From a virus: 64,000 nucleotides of DNA. The stretch lies in the IMG/VR virus record IMGVR_UViG_3300028883_000002; one strand, 5' to 3'. The notes below the pieces were generated by a model. That model searched no databases. It was not told the origin of the DNA and saw nothing but the letters and a program-made list of their open reading frames with translations. Made by a program: the position numbers and the translations under genes. This document shows, piece by piece, positions 34,201 to 42,635 of the stretch (its first letter is position 1; every line of letters starts with the position of its first letter).

Positions 34201-34431
34201 TTTGGTGGAGTAGTGGTTGGCGTTAAAGAAATCACAACTAAGAAACACGACTTGATGGCTAAGGTTGCAATCGAAACAGTAATGGGGGTTTATGAATTTG
34301 TAATGTTTCCATCTACATGGAACTCGTTTGGTAAGATAATGAAAATAGGTAAAGCTGTTATCATAAGGGCAACCCCTCAAAAAGAAGGGGATTGGATTGC
34401 ACAAGATGCCAGAGAGGTAGGGAGATATTAA
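31240..34431 (+). CDS. dnaE: DNA polymerase III alpha subunit (DnaE-type, PHP domain)
   Basis: LHNHSDYSFLDG...LTEHGNM PHP motifs, GPARGSGAASLVCYLLGIT, LDLDF, KMDLLGLRTL, FNKPHATSYA. Confidence 0.95.
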   Translation: MTKFCSLHNHSDYSFLDGFAKIEDLVKRAKELEYESLALTEHGNMCSAVKFARICEDFGIKPIHGQEFYIVDDLWVPNCNLTKTPQEQTRHIILLAKNEIGFKNLIALSTVAHTRGFYYNPRINFDLLRKHSEGVICLTACLNGVLAKSIKLEKLDEANEIADALKSIFSDDLYVELQTNGLEIQRQVNGELRKIADRIGAKCVATTDVHYVTADDYEAHDAWLCIRFNKKVSDPNRKRYEPNAYYLPAPEEIPEELKDAAANTIEVSEKCNVKIKLESGASNFPESDIKDPMEWISIQCLEALDGLSVVISGEFSRYSERLDYELRVIDQLGFGHYFVIIADIISWCKRIGIRTGPARGSGAASLVCYLLGITEIDPIEYDLIFERFLHEDRVSPPDLDLDFQQDRRDEVIEYVKNKYGASNVASICNFSMLQPKQAIKDAMRVLGIEYKIAESISKMIPEGAATIKQAVDINDELRNKIKGSHILQEAFKLASKFQGHLRQAGTHAAGIVVTPMPLNEIVPLQRIRGNIVTQFDMHDVEALGLLKMDLLGLRTLTIIENTIRMLNRDGHLSGEPEWDLKDENVYEMLRHGDTKGCFMLETDLLTRACIEFEIDKFDDLILIGAICRPVTLESGMKDECLKNKKNPSRIKYLDDRLKPILKKTYATAVFQEQIMQICQVMAGFSMIDADKVRKLIGKGAQMESYQKDKFLRDMKEKFYVGCKGNNVLRKTVDRLWKLIANASYGFNKPHATSYAKLSFMTAWLRHYFPTYFFAAVLSSVSDRQAKVADYARECRRMGIEVIPPDAIWSKPEFTVDAGRVRFGLNAIKGIGVESSGKISDSVEKLRDKALTPNFNNIATICESVGKKQILQALTESGALDKYITTRKAIMVQIGEIIKAIRAFHKGPIQTNQELLFGGTLETKSLNLDSIIHPAEEFTLEELALMEYDRTGIFLSTDPLKEHRKLFLQSCVSSVKEVKNAAYSGRAKFGGVVVGVKEITTKKHDLMAKVAIETVMGVYEFVMFPSTWNSFGKIMKIGKAVIIRATPQKEGDWIAQDAREVGRY

Positions 34432-35397
34432 ATGGCAGACAAGAGGAGAAAGAACGTAAGCCCTTCTCAAATGTGGATGTATGCTAATTGTTCTCTTCGA
34501 TATTATTTTGAATACATCCTAAAACTTAAGATGCCGGGAAATCTCAACTTTGCAATTGGTACGGCAGTACATGAAGTTGCTAGAGAGTTGATGGGAATGC
34601 CAAAAGATAGCATTGACCGAAAACAACTCAAGGCTATCTTTGCGCAGAATTGGGATAAGAAAGTTAAAGAGGCATATATAAGGCATCAGGACGACGTAGA
34701 TAAATCAAGGGAACTTGGTGAAAACATCGCAGAGAAGTTTATCAAGGGATATGAAACAGGAGATTTTACATTCTCGCCAATTGAGTATCTTCCTATTGGC
34801 AAGGACAAACCAGAGTTGGCGGTTGAAACTGCATTTGAATTACCTGCGGTTAATGTCTTGACCGGAGAACCACTTGCCAATATGGTCTACGGAAAAGAGG
34901 GTGATAATGTTGATATGTACTTTGTCTGTTCCCTCGACTTCATTGGAACAGACCCGAAGGATGAGCTTTACATTATAGACTACAAAACTGCGGCAAGAGC
35001 ATATAGCAAATCAAAGATAATGAAGGAACCGCAACTTCCGTTCTATGATGTAATCTTGAGGATTGCTATTAGGCTTGGATTGATTCCCGGCTTAGAAAAG
35101 AAACAAAGCGACAAGATTGCGTATGCCGTAATGATGAAAACAAAGAAAGCTCTGGAAGGTAAGTGGTCAGATTTCTTCCAGATTTGGGAGAGGGAGATAA
35201 CCGACAAGGAACTAGAGTTTTTCTATTGGAATCTCAAGCAAATGGTTTTTGCAATGGAGAATGGACCTTATTGTGCATGTCCCGGTAATCAATGTGACAA
35301 CATGTGTGCACATAGGCCAATTTGTGATGCGTTCATGAGGGGAGAAGACCCTGAAGATGCATATAACAAGTTTATGCTTGAATGGGAAAACTCTTAA
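34432..35397 (+). CDS. PD-(D/E)XK nuclease, Cas4/AddB-like with Cys cluster
   Basis: N-terminal SPSQ...ANCSLRYY, core D...IIDYKT, and C-terminal C-x8-C-x5-C. Confidence 0.75.
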   Translation: MADKRRKNVSPSQMWMYANCSLRYYFEYILKLKMPGNLNFAIGTAVHEVARELMGMPKDSIDRKQLKAIFAQNWDKKVKEAYIRHQDDVDKSRELGENIAEKFIKGYETGDFTFSPIEYLPIGKDKPELAVETAFELPAVNVLTGEPLANMVYGKEGDNVDMYFVCSLDFIGTDPKDELYIIDYKTAARAYSKSKIMKEPQLPFYDVILRIAIRLGLIPGLEKKQSDKIAYAVMMKTKKALEGKWSDFFQIWEREITDKELEFFYWNLKQMVFAMENGPYCACPGNQCDNMCAHRPICDAFMRGEDPEDAYNKFMLEWENS

Positions 35398-35473
35398 CCA
35401 AGGAGGTTTAATTAATGAACTAAATTGCAGTATCGCAGTTGAAGTCATTCTAAACCGAACTTAGGAGGATGTA

Positions 35474-35932
35474 ATGATTCGCAATATCTTACTTATGATT
35501 GTTGCTGGTTTGCTTTTGGTTCCTGCGTTAGCGATTGCTGAACCCGCTGAAGCCGACACTACAAATTGGTGGGACGAGATTACCAAGATTCCGAACTTTA
35601 AGGTTGGATATATTGGTATCAATACCGCACATGACGACCACATTCTTGGAGACACGGAAGGGCTTGCTTGGGATATGGCAGCGTCTATTCCTGTTTTCGA
35701 ATGGCGCAAGTTTGATATAGATGGTGGAATTTCAAAGTCCGGTCTTGTCTACGGAGCTATAACATTTGACGTTATTGAACTAAATGACATTAGTGCGGTC
35801 AATGTTCCCGGCTCTGAATTCATCAAGATTAACGTTGGCATCTTTGTAGGAAAAGACGCCGATGCAATTGATGGCGTCGAGTGGGCTGATGATTGGACGA
35901 TTGGGGCTGTTGTTAATTTGGCAGGGCTGTAG
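35474..35932 (+). CDS. secreted hypothetical protein
   Basis: Signal peptide MIRNILLMIVAGLLLVPALAIA; GGAGGA RBS. Confidence 0.65.
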   Translation: MIRNILLMIVAGLLLVPALAIAEPAEADTTNWWDEITKIPNFKVGYIGINTAHDDHILGDTEGLAWDMAASIPVFEWRKFDIDGGISKSGLVYGAITFDVIELNDISAVNVPGSEFIKINVGIFVGKDADAIDGVEWADDWTIGAVVNLAGL

Positions 35933-35940
35933 TTAAAAAC

Positions 35941-36053
35941 GAAATAGCGCGTATTTTCTAATCCCCTAGAGCTATACTGACCTCTACAATCTGGTAGCTA
36001 TGGGGTAGGATTTCTAAAAAACCTACCGAAGTCAGATGGGAACGCGCTATTTC
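35941..36053 (+). other. 113-nt structured intergenic element (three-helix)
   Basis: Outer 12-bp helix GAAATAGCGCGT/ACGCGCTATTTC. Inner hairpins CCCCTAGAGCTA..TAGCTATGGGG and GGTAGG..CCTACC. Confidence 0.45.
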
Positions 36054-36073
36054 CCAGAAGGGTGGTGAGGAAT

Positions 36074-36613
36074 ATGGATTGGATAGTGATTGGATTTGAC
36101 CCCGGCTCCCATAATACGGGGTTTGCTGTTTTAAGGTATGTTAGAGAAACTGATAGTGCTTCGATAGCAGAAATAGGAACCTTTACAATTGATAACGAAA
36201 ATCCCGCTTCTAGAATTTATGGGATGTTCGAACAAGCCGAAAAGCTATTTAAAAAGTATAACAACCTTAATAAGAAGTTTCTTGTAACATGTGAATCTTT
36301 TTATTCAACTAGACGGCTATTCGGAGCAGACCTAACTCCTAAAGTTATTGGTGCAATTATTGTTGCATCAATACAAGGGCTTTCTGGAGAAAACAATTGG
36401 TACAGAGAGGTTAACAGGTCTGCTATAAATAAGGCAGTTTGCGGATACGGCGGAAGCAATAAAAGAAAGATAACCAAGAACGATATTCGAAAGGCATTAG
36501 AAACTAGGTTTGATAATGCAATAAAGAACAAACAAGAATTAACGGACCATTCATGGGACGCTCTGGCTGTTTGTGTAGCGGCAATCGTAAAGTTTGACTT
36601 TGAGGGGAAATGA
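36074..36613 (+). CDS. ruvC: RuvC-like Holliday junction resolvase
   Basis: IGFDPGSHNTGFAV at the N-terminus and DHSWDALAV near the C-terminus. Confidence 0.75.
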   Translation: MDWIVIGFDPGSHNTGFAVLRYVRETDSASIAEIGTFTIDNENPASRIYGMFEQAEKLFKKYNNLNKKFLVTCESFYSTRRLFGADLTPKVIGAIIVASIQGLSGENNWYREVNRSAINKAVCGYGGSNKRKITKNDIRKALETRFDNAIKNKQELTDHSWDALAVCVAAIVKFDFEGK

Positions 36614-36975
36614 TGGGAAAGCTAGAGAACTCAATTAGGACGGCACAGAACTGTAGCGTATGTGCGCACTATTGTGAAATAGAAGAGGGTGGAACAGGAA
36701 GATATATAGGGGTGTGCATGTGGTTTGGAAAGAAGAAGTTGTGTGCTGCTCCTAAAAGGTTAGGCCCAATGGAGGCGCATAATATATTAACTAGTCTATC
36801 CTGCCAGAGGGTATGTGATGATTTTTATCCGAGAAGAACATTTATAGATGATGTAGGGTTACTATATGCTTTCAGGGGAGTAAGATACAGGAAAATAATC
36901 AACGGCAGTCAAGTAACGTTTGTTGAGGAAAAAGTGAAGTGGAGCGAATATGAAGGCGATAGTAGCAAGCTCTGA
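36610..36975 (+). CDS. Cys-rich hypothetical protein
   Basis: ORF track; ATGA overlap. Confidence 0.6.
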   Translation: MMGKLENSIRTAQNCSVCAHYCEIEEGGTGRYIGVCMWFGKKKLCAAPKRLGPMEAHNILTSLSCQRVCDDFYPRRTFIDDVGLLYAFRGVRYRKIINGSQVTFVEEKVKWSEYEGDSSKL

Positions 36976-37453
36976 TTTCAATTCAACCAGAGATTCTACT
37001 GGAATCGCTCATGTGATTTATTTTGCGGGGTGCCCCAGAAATTGTGAAGGTTGCCACAATCCTGCACTTAGACACAGAAGCGGCGGTATTGACGTAGACA
37101 TAGAGAATCTCAAAGTTGAGATATCATCTAACAAACTAGCAACCCATGTGGTCTTTAGTGGCGGCGAACCTTTTGAACAGCCGGAAGCATTAAAAGAACT
37201 CGCAGAGTACGCACAAAAAAGAGGGAAAAAGGTCTGGGTATATACGGGTTACACATTTGAACAATTAGTAGAGGGGCTTGAATGTTGGGAAGAACAACTA
37301 AGGCCAATCAATGTAATAATTGCAGGGCCATTTATCAAGGGTCAGCTTAGAAAAGATTACTCTTTTCTAGCTTCTTCCAACCAACAGGCTTGGACAAGGA
37401 AGGGTTCAACATGGTACAAAACATCAGAAGAAGCCTTACTCGCAGGAGGATAA
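36950..37453 (+). CDS. nrdG: anaerobic ribonucleotide reductase activating protein (radical SAM)
   Basis: CPRNCEGC (CxxxCxxC) and VVFSGGEPF. It lies directly upstream of nrdD. Confidence 0.85.
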   Translation: MKAIVASSDFNSTRDSTGIAHVIYFAGCPRNCEGCHNPALRHRSGGIDVDIENLKVEISSNKLATHVVFSGGEPFEQPEALKELAEYAQKRGKKVWVYTGYTFEQLVEGLECWEEQLRPINVIIAGPFIKGQLRKDYSFLASSNQQAWTRKGSTWYKTSEEALLAGG

Positions 37454-40237
37454 ATGGCAAATACCAGAAAGAAAGTATCGGAGTATGTGGATGATACCGG
37501 ATGGAGGGCAAAAGAGAACGCCAATACGAGAAAATCAGTTTCAGGTCTCTACTCATTCGTTGCACATTCCGTCTTTGCGGAAGAGAACATGGAATCCATT
37601 CCGCATGGAGAAGAACATAGAGTTGGAGCATTGTATGCCCATGATTTAGGGTATCCAATCCAGACGGTGTATTGCGTAGGACACGACCTTTATGAGATTT
37701 TGACAAGAGGAATAATGACGGCTGGCGGGACGAGAAGTAAACCAGCTAAGCATATGGACACAGCAGTTGACCACATGGTTAATTTTCTGTGTATGGCACA
37801 GAACGAATGCGCTGGTGCTCAATCGTTTAGCAATGTGTCAACCCTTCTTGCTCCGTTTGTTAGAGCGGACAGGATGAATTATCAGCAGATTAAACAAACG
37901 GTTCAAAGAATGATATTCTCTCTTAACTATGAGAACCGAATCGCATTTCAGCAGAGCTTTACAAACTTCACTCTGGACCTAAAGCCAGCGGAAGTTTTCA
38001 AAGATGTAGAAGTTAGAGTTGGCGGTGAACCGCAGGGATATACTTACAAAGAATTGGGGAGAGAAGTTGAACTAGTTAACATGGCATTCCTAGAGGTTTA
38101 TATGGAAGGAGATTCAGAAGGAAAGCCATTCTCGTTTCCTATCCCGACAGTACAGGTTACCGATTACTCGCTCTTTGAAAAAACTGAATTCAACGACATG
38201 TTCTGGAAATTAGTTGCAAAGTTTGGAACTCCTTACTTTGCTAATTTCATAGGAACAGAACTAGACCCGAAAGCTACAAGGTCAATGTGCTGTGTAACGC
38301 CAGATACCAAGCTGTTTGTGCAAACCGCAAAAGGCAATACTGTTCAGACAGCCAAATATATATGGGATACGCACGGCAACGATAAATCAAATGGTTTTTT
38401 ATTATTCCATAACGGAAAGTGGAATAAAGCCAACATAGCAAGAGTAGAGGATGATGGTTACTTTGAAATAACGCTGTCAAACAATCACAAAATAAAGCTT
38501 ACGAAAACCCATGCGTGTAAAATATGGGATGATGAACTTGGAGAACAATTGGTTCCAGCACAACATGTTATTCCAAAACGACACTATATTCCCGTTAACA
38601 CAACAGCAATAAAAGGTAGTGTTCTAGGAGATTACAAACTTGGATATTTTATTGGAGTGTACGCTGGCGATGGGTGCGTATGCAACGACAATAACATAAC
38701 GATATCTCTAAACTCAGACCAAATGGATATAGCTAGAGAGCTTGTTGTTTTTGCGGAAAATAGATTTGGCTCGATTTGTACAACAGAAATAAGAGATAAT
38801 GTATTGTTCGTAAGGATTTTCGACAAAGCTCTTGTGGCATTTCTGAATAAATACATAGACACCAGCCTGCATGCTATAGATAAAACATTTACTGGAAAAG
38901 TTATTATGGCTAGCGAAGATTTTAGAAGGGGTGTTTATGCTGGAATGATGGATGCCGATGGAGCTATAGGCAATGTTAGTAAAAACAGATACTACTCTGC
39001 ATCAGAAAAACTCATAGAAGATTTTGTTGCTATCTGCACTTCTCTTGGTCTTGTTACATATCTTGAAAAACCCGATACAAGAGAAAGTAGATTAGGAACA
39101 AATCCGACATACTGTGCAAGAATATATTCTGGAAGACCGGGATATGCCACAGCATTCTTTACTGATGAGTTTGGAACCAAGTGGTATTCCGTTAAGAGCA
39201 TTGATTGGATTGCTAAGCCGGGAGTGTTCTTTGATTTTGAAGTAGATTCAGAAGAGCATTTATTTACACTCGCTAATGGAATCATTACTCATAATTGCCG
39301 CTTGAATTTAAATGCTAAAGATGCAGAACAACCACACGGACTCTGGGCTATTGGTTCTAAGACAGGTTCTCTGGCTGTCTCTACTATCAACCTGAATCGT
39401 TTGGGTATCATAGCAAACGATGAGGAAGAGTTCTTCAAACTCCTTAAAGATAAGATGGACCAAGCTAGGGAACAGTTGAAATATAGAAGGAACAGAATTG
39501 AAGAGGGTAGAGTCAAGCACAAGCTGCTTCCTATTTTCTCAGAATACATCGGAACCGAGAGAACCTTCTTCCTGACTGTTGGAATATGCGGTATGCATGA
39601 GTGTTGCATGAATTTGTTTGGCAAACCTATTTCTCAATGCGAAGATTTTGTCCTCAGGGTACTAGACAGAATGAAGAAGACCTTGAGAAAATGGGGCAAA
39701 GAAGATGGTTACCTATACAACTTTGAACAAACACCAGCAGAAACCGCTAGTTATAAAATGGCTAAAGAGGATATAAGACTATTCCCAGAGGCATTTGTTA
39801 GTACGGGAACGAATGGCGTTCCGTTCTTGACTAACTCAACCCATGAACCAATGTATAACGGAAGAACGCTACAAGAAAGATTAGAATGGGCAAGCAAAAC
39901 AGACAGCTTTTATACTGGTGGAACCATCTTGCATATCTGGTTACACGAAAAGCCGAATATAGCTTCGGTAAAGACTTTGGTTCGCGCAACGCTAGGGTAC
40001 AATATTCCTTACTTCACAATTACCCCAACTGTTACCCATTGTGGAGATTGCGGAAAGATATCATATGGACCGAGAGATAAGTGTCCGCATTGTGGCTCAT
40101 TAAACGTCGAAAGCCTAACTAGAGTCGTAGGATATTATGCGCCTATGTCTCGATTCAACAAAGGGCAGCATGAACAACATGGCGTGAAAGTAGCGTTTGA
40201 TAATCAGGTGGATGAGGTTATAATGAAAGGGGAATAA
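37454..40237 (+). CDS. nrdD: anaerobic (class III) ribonucleoside-triphosphate reductase, interrupted by an intein
   Basis: Extein junction RSMC|CRLNL restores the NrdD CCRL motif. C-terminal CGDCG...CPHCG Zn site and RVVGYYA glycyl-radical motif. Confidence 0.9.
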   Translation: MANTRKKVSEYVDDTGWRAKENANTRKSVSGLYSFVAHSVFAEENMESIPHGEEHRVGALYAHDLGYPIQTVYCVGHDLYEILTRGIMTAGGTRSKPAKHMDTAVDHMVNFLCMAQNECAGAQSFSNVSTLLAPFVRADRMNYQQIKQTVQRMIFSLNYENRIAFQQSFTNFTLDLKPAEVFKDVEVRVGGEPQGYTYKELGREVELVNMAFLEVYMEGDSEGKPFSFPIPTVQVTDYSLFEKTEFNDMFWKLVAKFGTPYFANFIGTELDPKATRSMCCVTPDTKLFVQTAKGNTVQTAKYIWDTHGNDKSNGFLLFHNGKWNKANIARVEDDGYFEITLSNNHKIKLTKTHACKIWDDELGEQLVPAQHVIPKRHYIPVNTTAIKGSVLGDYKLGYFIGVYAGDGCVCNDNNITISLNSDQMDIARELVVFAENRFGSICTTEIRDNVLFVRIFDKALVAFLNKYIDTSLHAIDKTFTGKVIMASEDFRRGVYAGMMDADGAIGNVSKNRYYSASEKLIEDFVAICTSLGLVTYLEKPDTRESRLGTNPTYCARIYSGRPGYATAFFTDEFGTKWYSVKSIDWIAKPGVFFDFEVDSEEHLFTLANGIITHNCRLNLNAKDAEQPHGLWAIGSKTGSLAVSTINLNRLGIIANDEEEFFKLLKDKMDQAREQLKYRRNRIEEGRVKHKLLPIFSEYIGTERTFFLTVGICGMHECCMNLFGKPISQCEDFVLRVLDRMKKTLRKWGKEDGYLYNFEQTPAETASYKMAKEDIRLFPEAFVSTGTNGVPFLTNSTHEPMYNGRTLQERLEWASKTDSFYTGGTILHIWLHEKPNIASVKTLVRATLGYNIPYFTITPTVTHCGDCGKISYGPRDKCPHCGSLNVESLTRVVGYYAPMSRFNKGQHEQHGVKVAFDNQVDEVIMKGE
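38291..39295 (+). mobile_element. intein (335 aa) with LAGLIDADG homing endonuclease
   Basis: Starts CVTPDTKL, ends ITHN followed by +1 Cys. LAGLIDADG blocks GYFIGVYAGDG and YAGMMDADG. Confidence 0.85.
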
Positions 40238-40238
40238 G

Positions 40239-40427
40239 TTGAATATTCTTGGTTGGTCTTTTGCGTTTGTGTGCGGATTGGCATTTGCTCTAATTGGTTT
40301 TGTTGCATTTTGTGCTGGAGCATGGGGCAACCTTCAAGGAAAACTGTTAACATTCGGATTTCTAGGTGGCGGTGCTACGGTAGCTGTAGCATCTGCCGTA
40401 ATTCTCATTAATCATATGTTAAATTAG
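40239..40427 (+). CDS. small membrane protein (TTG start)
   Basis: ORF track; two hydrophobic helices. Confidence 0.45.
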   Translation: MNILGWSFAFVCGLAFALIGFVAFCAGAWGNLQGKLLTFGFLGGGATVAVASAVILINHMLN

Positions 40428-40463
40428 TGGGGGCGTGGCTAAACTGGTAAAGGCACTTGGCTT

Positions 40464-41187
40464 AGTTAAGCTGAGCACTAATATTGGAAACTTTATTAGT
40501 GAATGTAGTCAAATTCGGGGAAACCTGTAAAATGGCAATCCCGAGCTAAGCAAGGAGAAAGTATTAACTTTATTTAGGGCGGCAATAAGAAATTGTTAAA
40601 GCATGACAATTTGGACACAACACAGTAAGATTATCAATGTTATTATTTCTATTGTTTCCATCAATATGATGTAACTGTAAAGGAATTGGCTGATGTTGCC
40701 ATTCTGATAGCCCGCAATTATAGCACTTGTGTTCAAAGTAGCCATCAGAAATAAGGCGACACCTTAACCAAGATGTTTTGATTTCATGTTTGCAATTATC
40801 GGTTAAATAATAGCTGGTATCTCTTTTGGGACCATGAACTTGCCCTTTGTTCCAGCCTTTTCCCTTAAAATGAGATACATCAATCGCCAATCTTTTGACC
40901 AATGATTTAATGCTTTGATAATTTCCTCCAGCAGTTTTGAGTCCTAGCTTTAAAATAACCTGTCGGTAGGATATAGACTCTTTTACTGCTTTGCGCAATT
41001 GTTTCTCTGAATATGACCTAGTTCGCATAATTTCTCCTTGAAAGTGTAGAGACTCAACGGCTACTACCTAAGTTCAAAAGAATAAGGTAAAGAGAGAGTC
41101 CAGACCACAAACGTATTTGCCGTATATAATACAGGTGAAAGTGCTTAAATTAGTGCATTTACGGTAACGAAAGTTATAGCTGGCAAG
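40464..41187 (+). mobile_element. group I intron (tRNA-Leu-intron-like core)
   Basis: GGGGAAACCT...GGCAATCCCGAGCTAAGC and GAGACTCAACGG..TAAGGTAAAGAGAGAGTCCA resemble the cyanobacterial tRNA-Leu intron core from memory. IGS GAGC at 40473-40476 pairs with exon GCTT through a U.G pair. Confidence 0.75.
40570..41028 (-). CDS. HNH homing endonuclease encoded antisense inside the intron
   Basis: LQLHHIDGNNRNNNIDNLTVLCPNCHA. Its RBS AAGGAGAA is the complement of intron stem strand TTCTCCTT (41032-41039). Confidence 0.85.
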   Translation of the reverse strand: MRTRSYSEKQLRKAVKESISYRQVILKLGLKTAGGNYQSIKSLVKRLAIDVSHFKGKGWNKGQVHGPKRDTSYYLTDNCKHEIKTSWLRCRLISDGYFEHKCYNCGLSEWQHQPIPLQLHHIDGNNRNNNIDNLTVLCPNCHALTISYCRPK

Positions 41188-41246
41188 AGGACCAAGGTTA
41201 ATGGGGGTTCGAATCCCTCCGCCCCTACCAAATCAAAGGAAAGGAA

Positions 41247-41843
41247 ATGCTGACTAACGGAGTAGAGAAACTAGGTAAAAAGATATTCTCGTTCAGTCTA
41301 CCAACAGAAAGCTGCAAACACCAAACAGAGGAATGCAAAAGATATTGTTATGCAAAAAGGGGAAATTTTAGATATCCGCATGTTGCAAGATTCTACCGGA
41401 GAAACTTTGAAAACAGTAAGCAAGAAGATTTCGAAGCAAAGATTAACAGCGAGATAAACTATCTCCATATATCTAAAGGCGTGAAGTACATCAGGATACA
41501 TAGTTCGGGAGATTTCTACTCCCAAGCATACTTTAACAAGTGGGCGCGAATCGCCAGAGCTAATCCTGATGTTAGCTTTTTGGCTTTTACTAGAAACTAC
41601 AGCATGGATACATCTAACAAGCCAAATAATTTAATGTTAATTTACTCGGTTGATGAAAGCACAGAATATTTCAATCCTACTATAAAGAGGTCTGCCTATG
41701 TAATAGATAGCAGGCACAAGCATTCGAAGCATATGGAAAAACACAAGAAGACTAACAGTAGAATATGTACTGGTAAATGTTATAGCTGTAAGTTTTGCTG
41801 GTATGCTACAGAGGACGTTAGCTTTCCAAGGAGAGGAAAATGA
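41247..41843 (+). CDS. conserved phage protein with Cys cluster (GP88-like, tentative)
   Basis: The pattern C...C..YCYA...RIHSSGDFYS recalls the GP88 family. Confidence 0.6.
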   Translation: MLTNGVEKLGKKIFSFSLPTESCKHQTEECKRYCYAKRGNFRYPHVARFYRRNFENSKQEDFEAKINSEINYLHISKGVKYIRIHSSGDFYSQAYFNKWARIARANPDVSFLAFTRNYSMDTSNKPNNLMLIYSVDESTEYFNPTIKRSAYVIDSRHKHSKHMEKHKKTNSRICTGKCYSCKFCWYATEDVSFPRRGK

Positions 41844-42202
41844 CAGAGAAATACAAGGCTTGTGCAACCGCAGAGAAAATTGAGTATGGCGATGCTATAG
41901 ATTTCCTCAATGGTATTGAAAAGCAAGACGCTGATACTCTGATAGCAGAGTACCTAGAAGAACACGGTCATAACATCATCAACTTCGATTTCCTTGTTCT
42001 CATAGCTCTCAGGGTATTGCTCAACAGACCGCAAATGAAAATGAGCTTTTCCTCAAGTGCTGATACCACAAGAGTTAAGGAACTTGAAAAGGCCCTAGGC
42101 GATATTTTGGAATGTATCTTTGGGTGTGCGGCTCCGTGTGCTACGGAAGTAAGGCGAATCATCATGGCTACCAAGACAAAAGGATGCGAAGATGAATACT
42201 AG
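41840..42202 (+). CDS. hypothetical protein
   Basis: ORF track; ATGA overlap. Confidence 0.6.
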   Translation: MTEKYKACATAEKIEYGDAIDFLNGIEKQDADTLIAEYLEEHGHNIINFDFLVLIALRVLLNRPQMKMSFSSSADTTRVKELEKALGDILECIFGCAAPCATEVRRIIMATKTKGCEDEY

Positions 42203-42635
42203 GCCGTGGATTGATTACTATATGGATGTTGCAAATGTGGTTGCCACTAGGTCTTCATGTCTCATGAAAAAGGTTGGAGCAGTAGCAGTTAAGGATAGAC
42301 GAATAATTGCTACTGGATACAATAATCCACCTAGCGGATATCCACATTGTAAAAAGTGTGCCAGAAAAGAACAGGGCATCAAACCGGGAGAGAATTACGA
42401 TTCCTGTCCATCTGTCCATGCAGAATTAAACGTGGTTACTCAGGCGGCGAAGCATGGTACTAGCTTGAAAAATGCGGCAGTTTTTTGCACACACTATCCG
42501 TGCCCTAACTGCTTAAAAGCCATGATAAATTCTGGTATTACTGATATCTATGTAAAACAGCCGCTTGCTATTTCTGGTATTGATTCCAGCCTTGTTAAAC
42601 AATTAGGAGAGTATGTGAGGATACATGAACTATGA
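42192..42635 (+). CDS. dCMP deaminase
   Basis: HAELN and PCPNC zinc-binding motifs. Confidence 0.9.
   Translation: MNTRPWIDYYMDVANVVATRSSCLMKKVGAVAVKDRRIIATGYNNPPSGYPHCKKCARKEQGIKPGENYDSCPSVHAELNVVTQAAKHGTSLKNAAVFCTHYPCPNCLKAMINSGITDIYVKQPLAISGIDSSLVKQLGEYVRIHEL

Larger units (their letters stand above)
40429..41230 (+). tRNA. intron-split tRNA, inferred anticodon UAG, short variable arm, CCA encoded
   Basis: Exon 1 at 40429-40463 (GGGGGCG, D-arm, CTTGG, CTT). Exon 2 at 41188-41230 (AGGA, CCAAG, GGGGG-TTCGAAT-CCCTC, CGCCCCT, ACCA). Confidence 0.7.
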
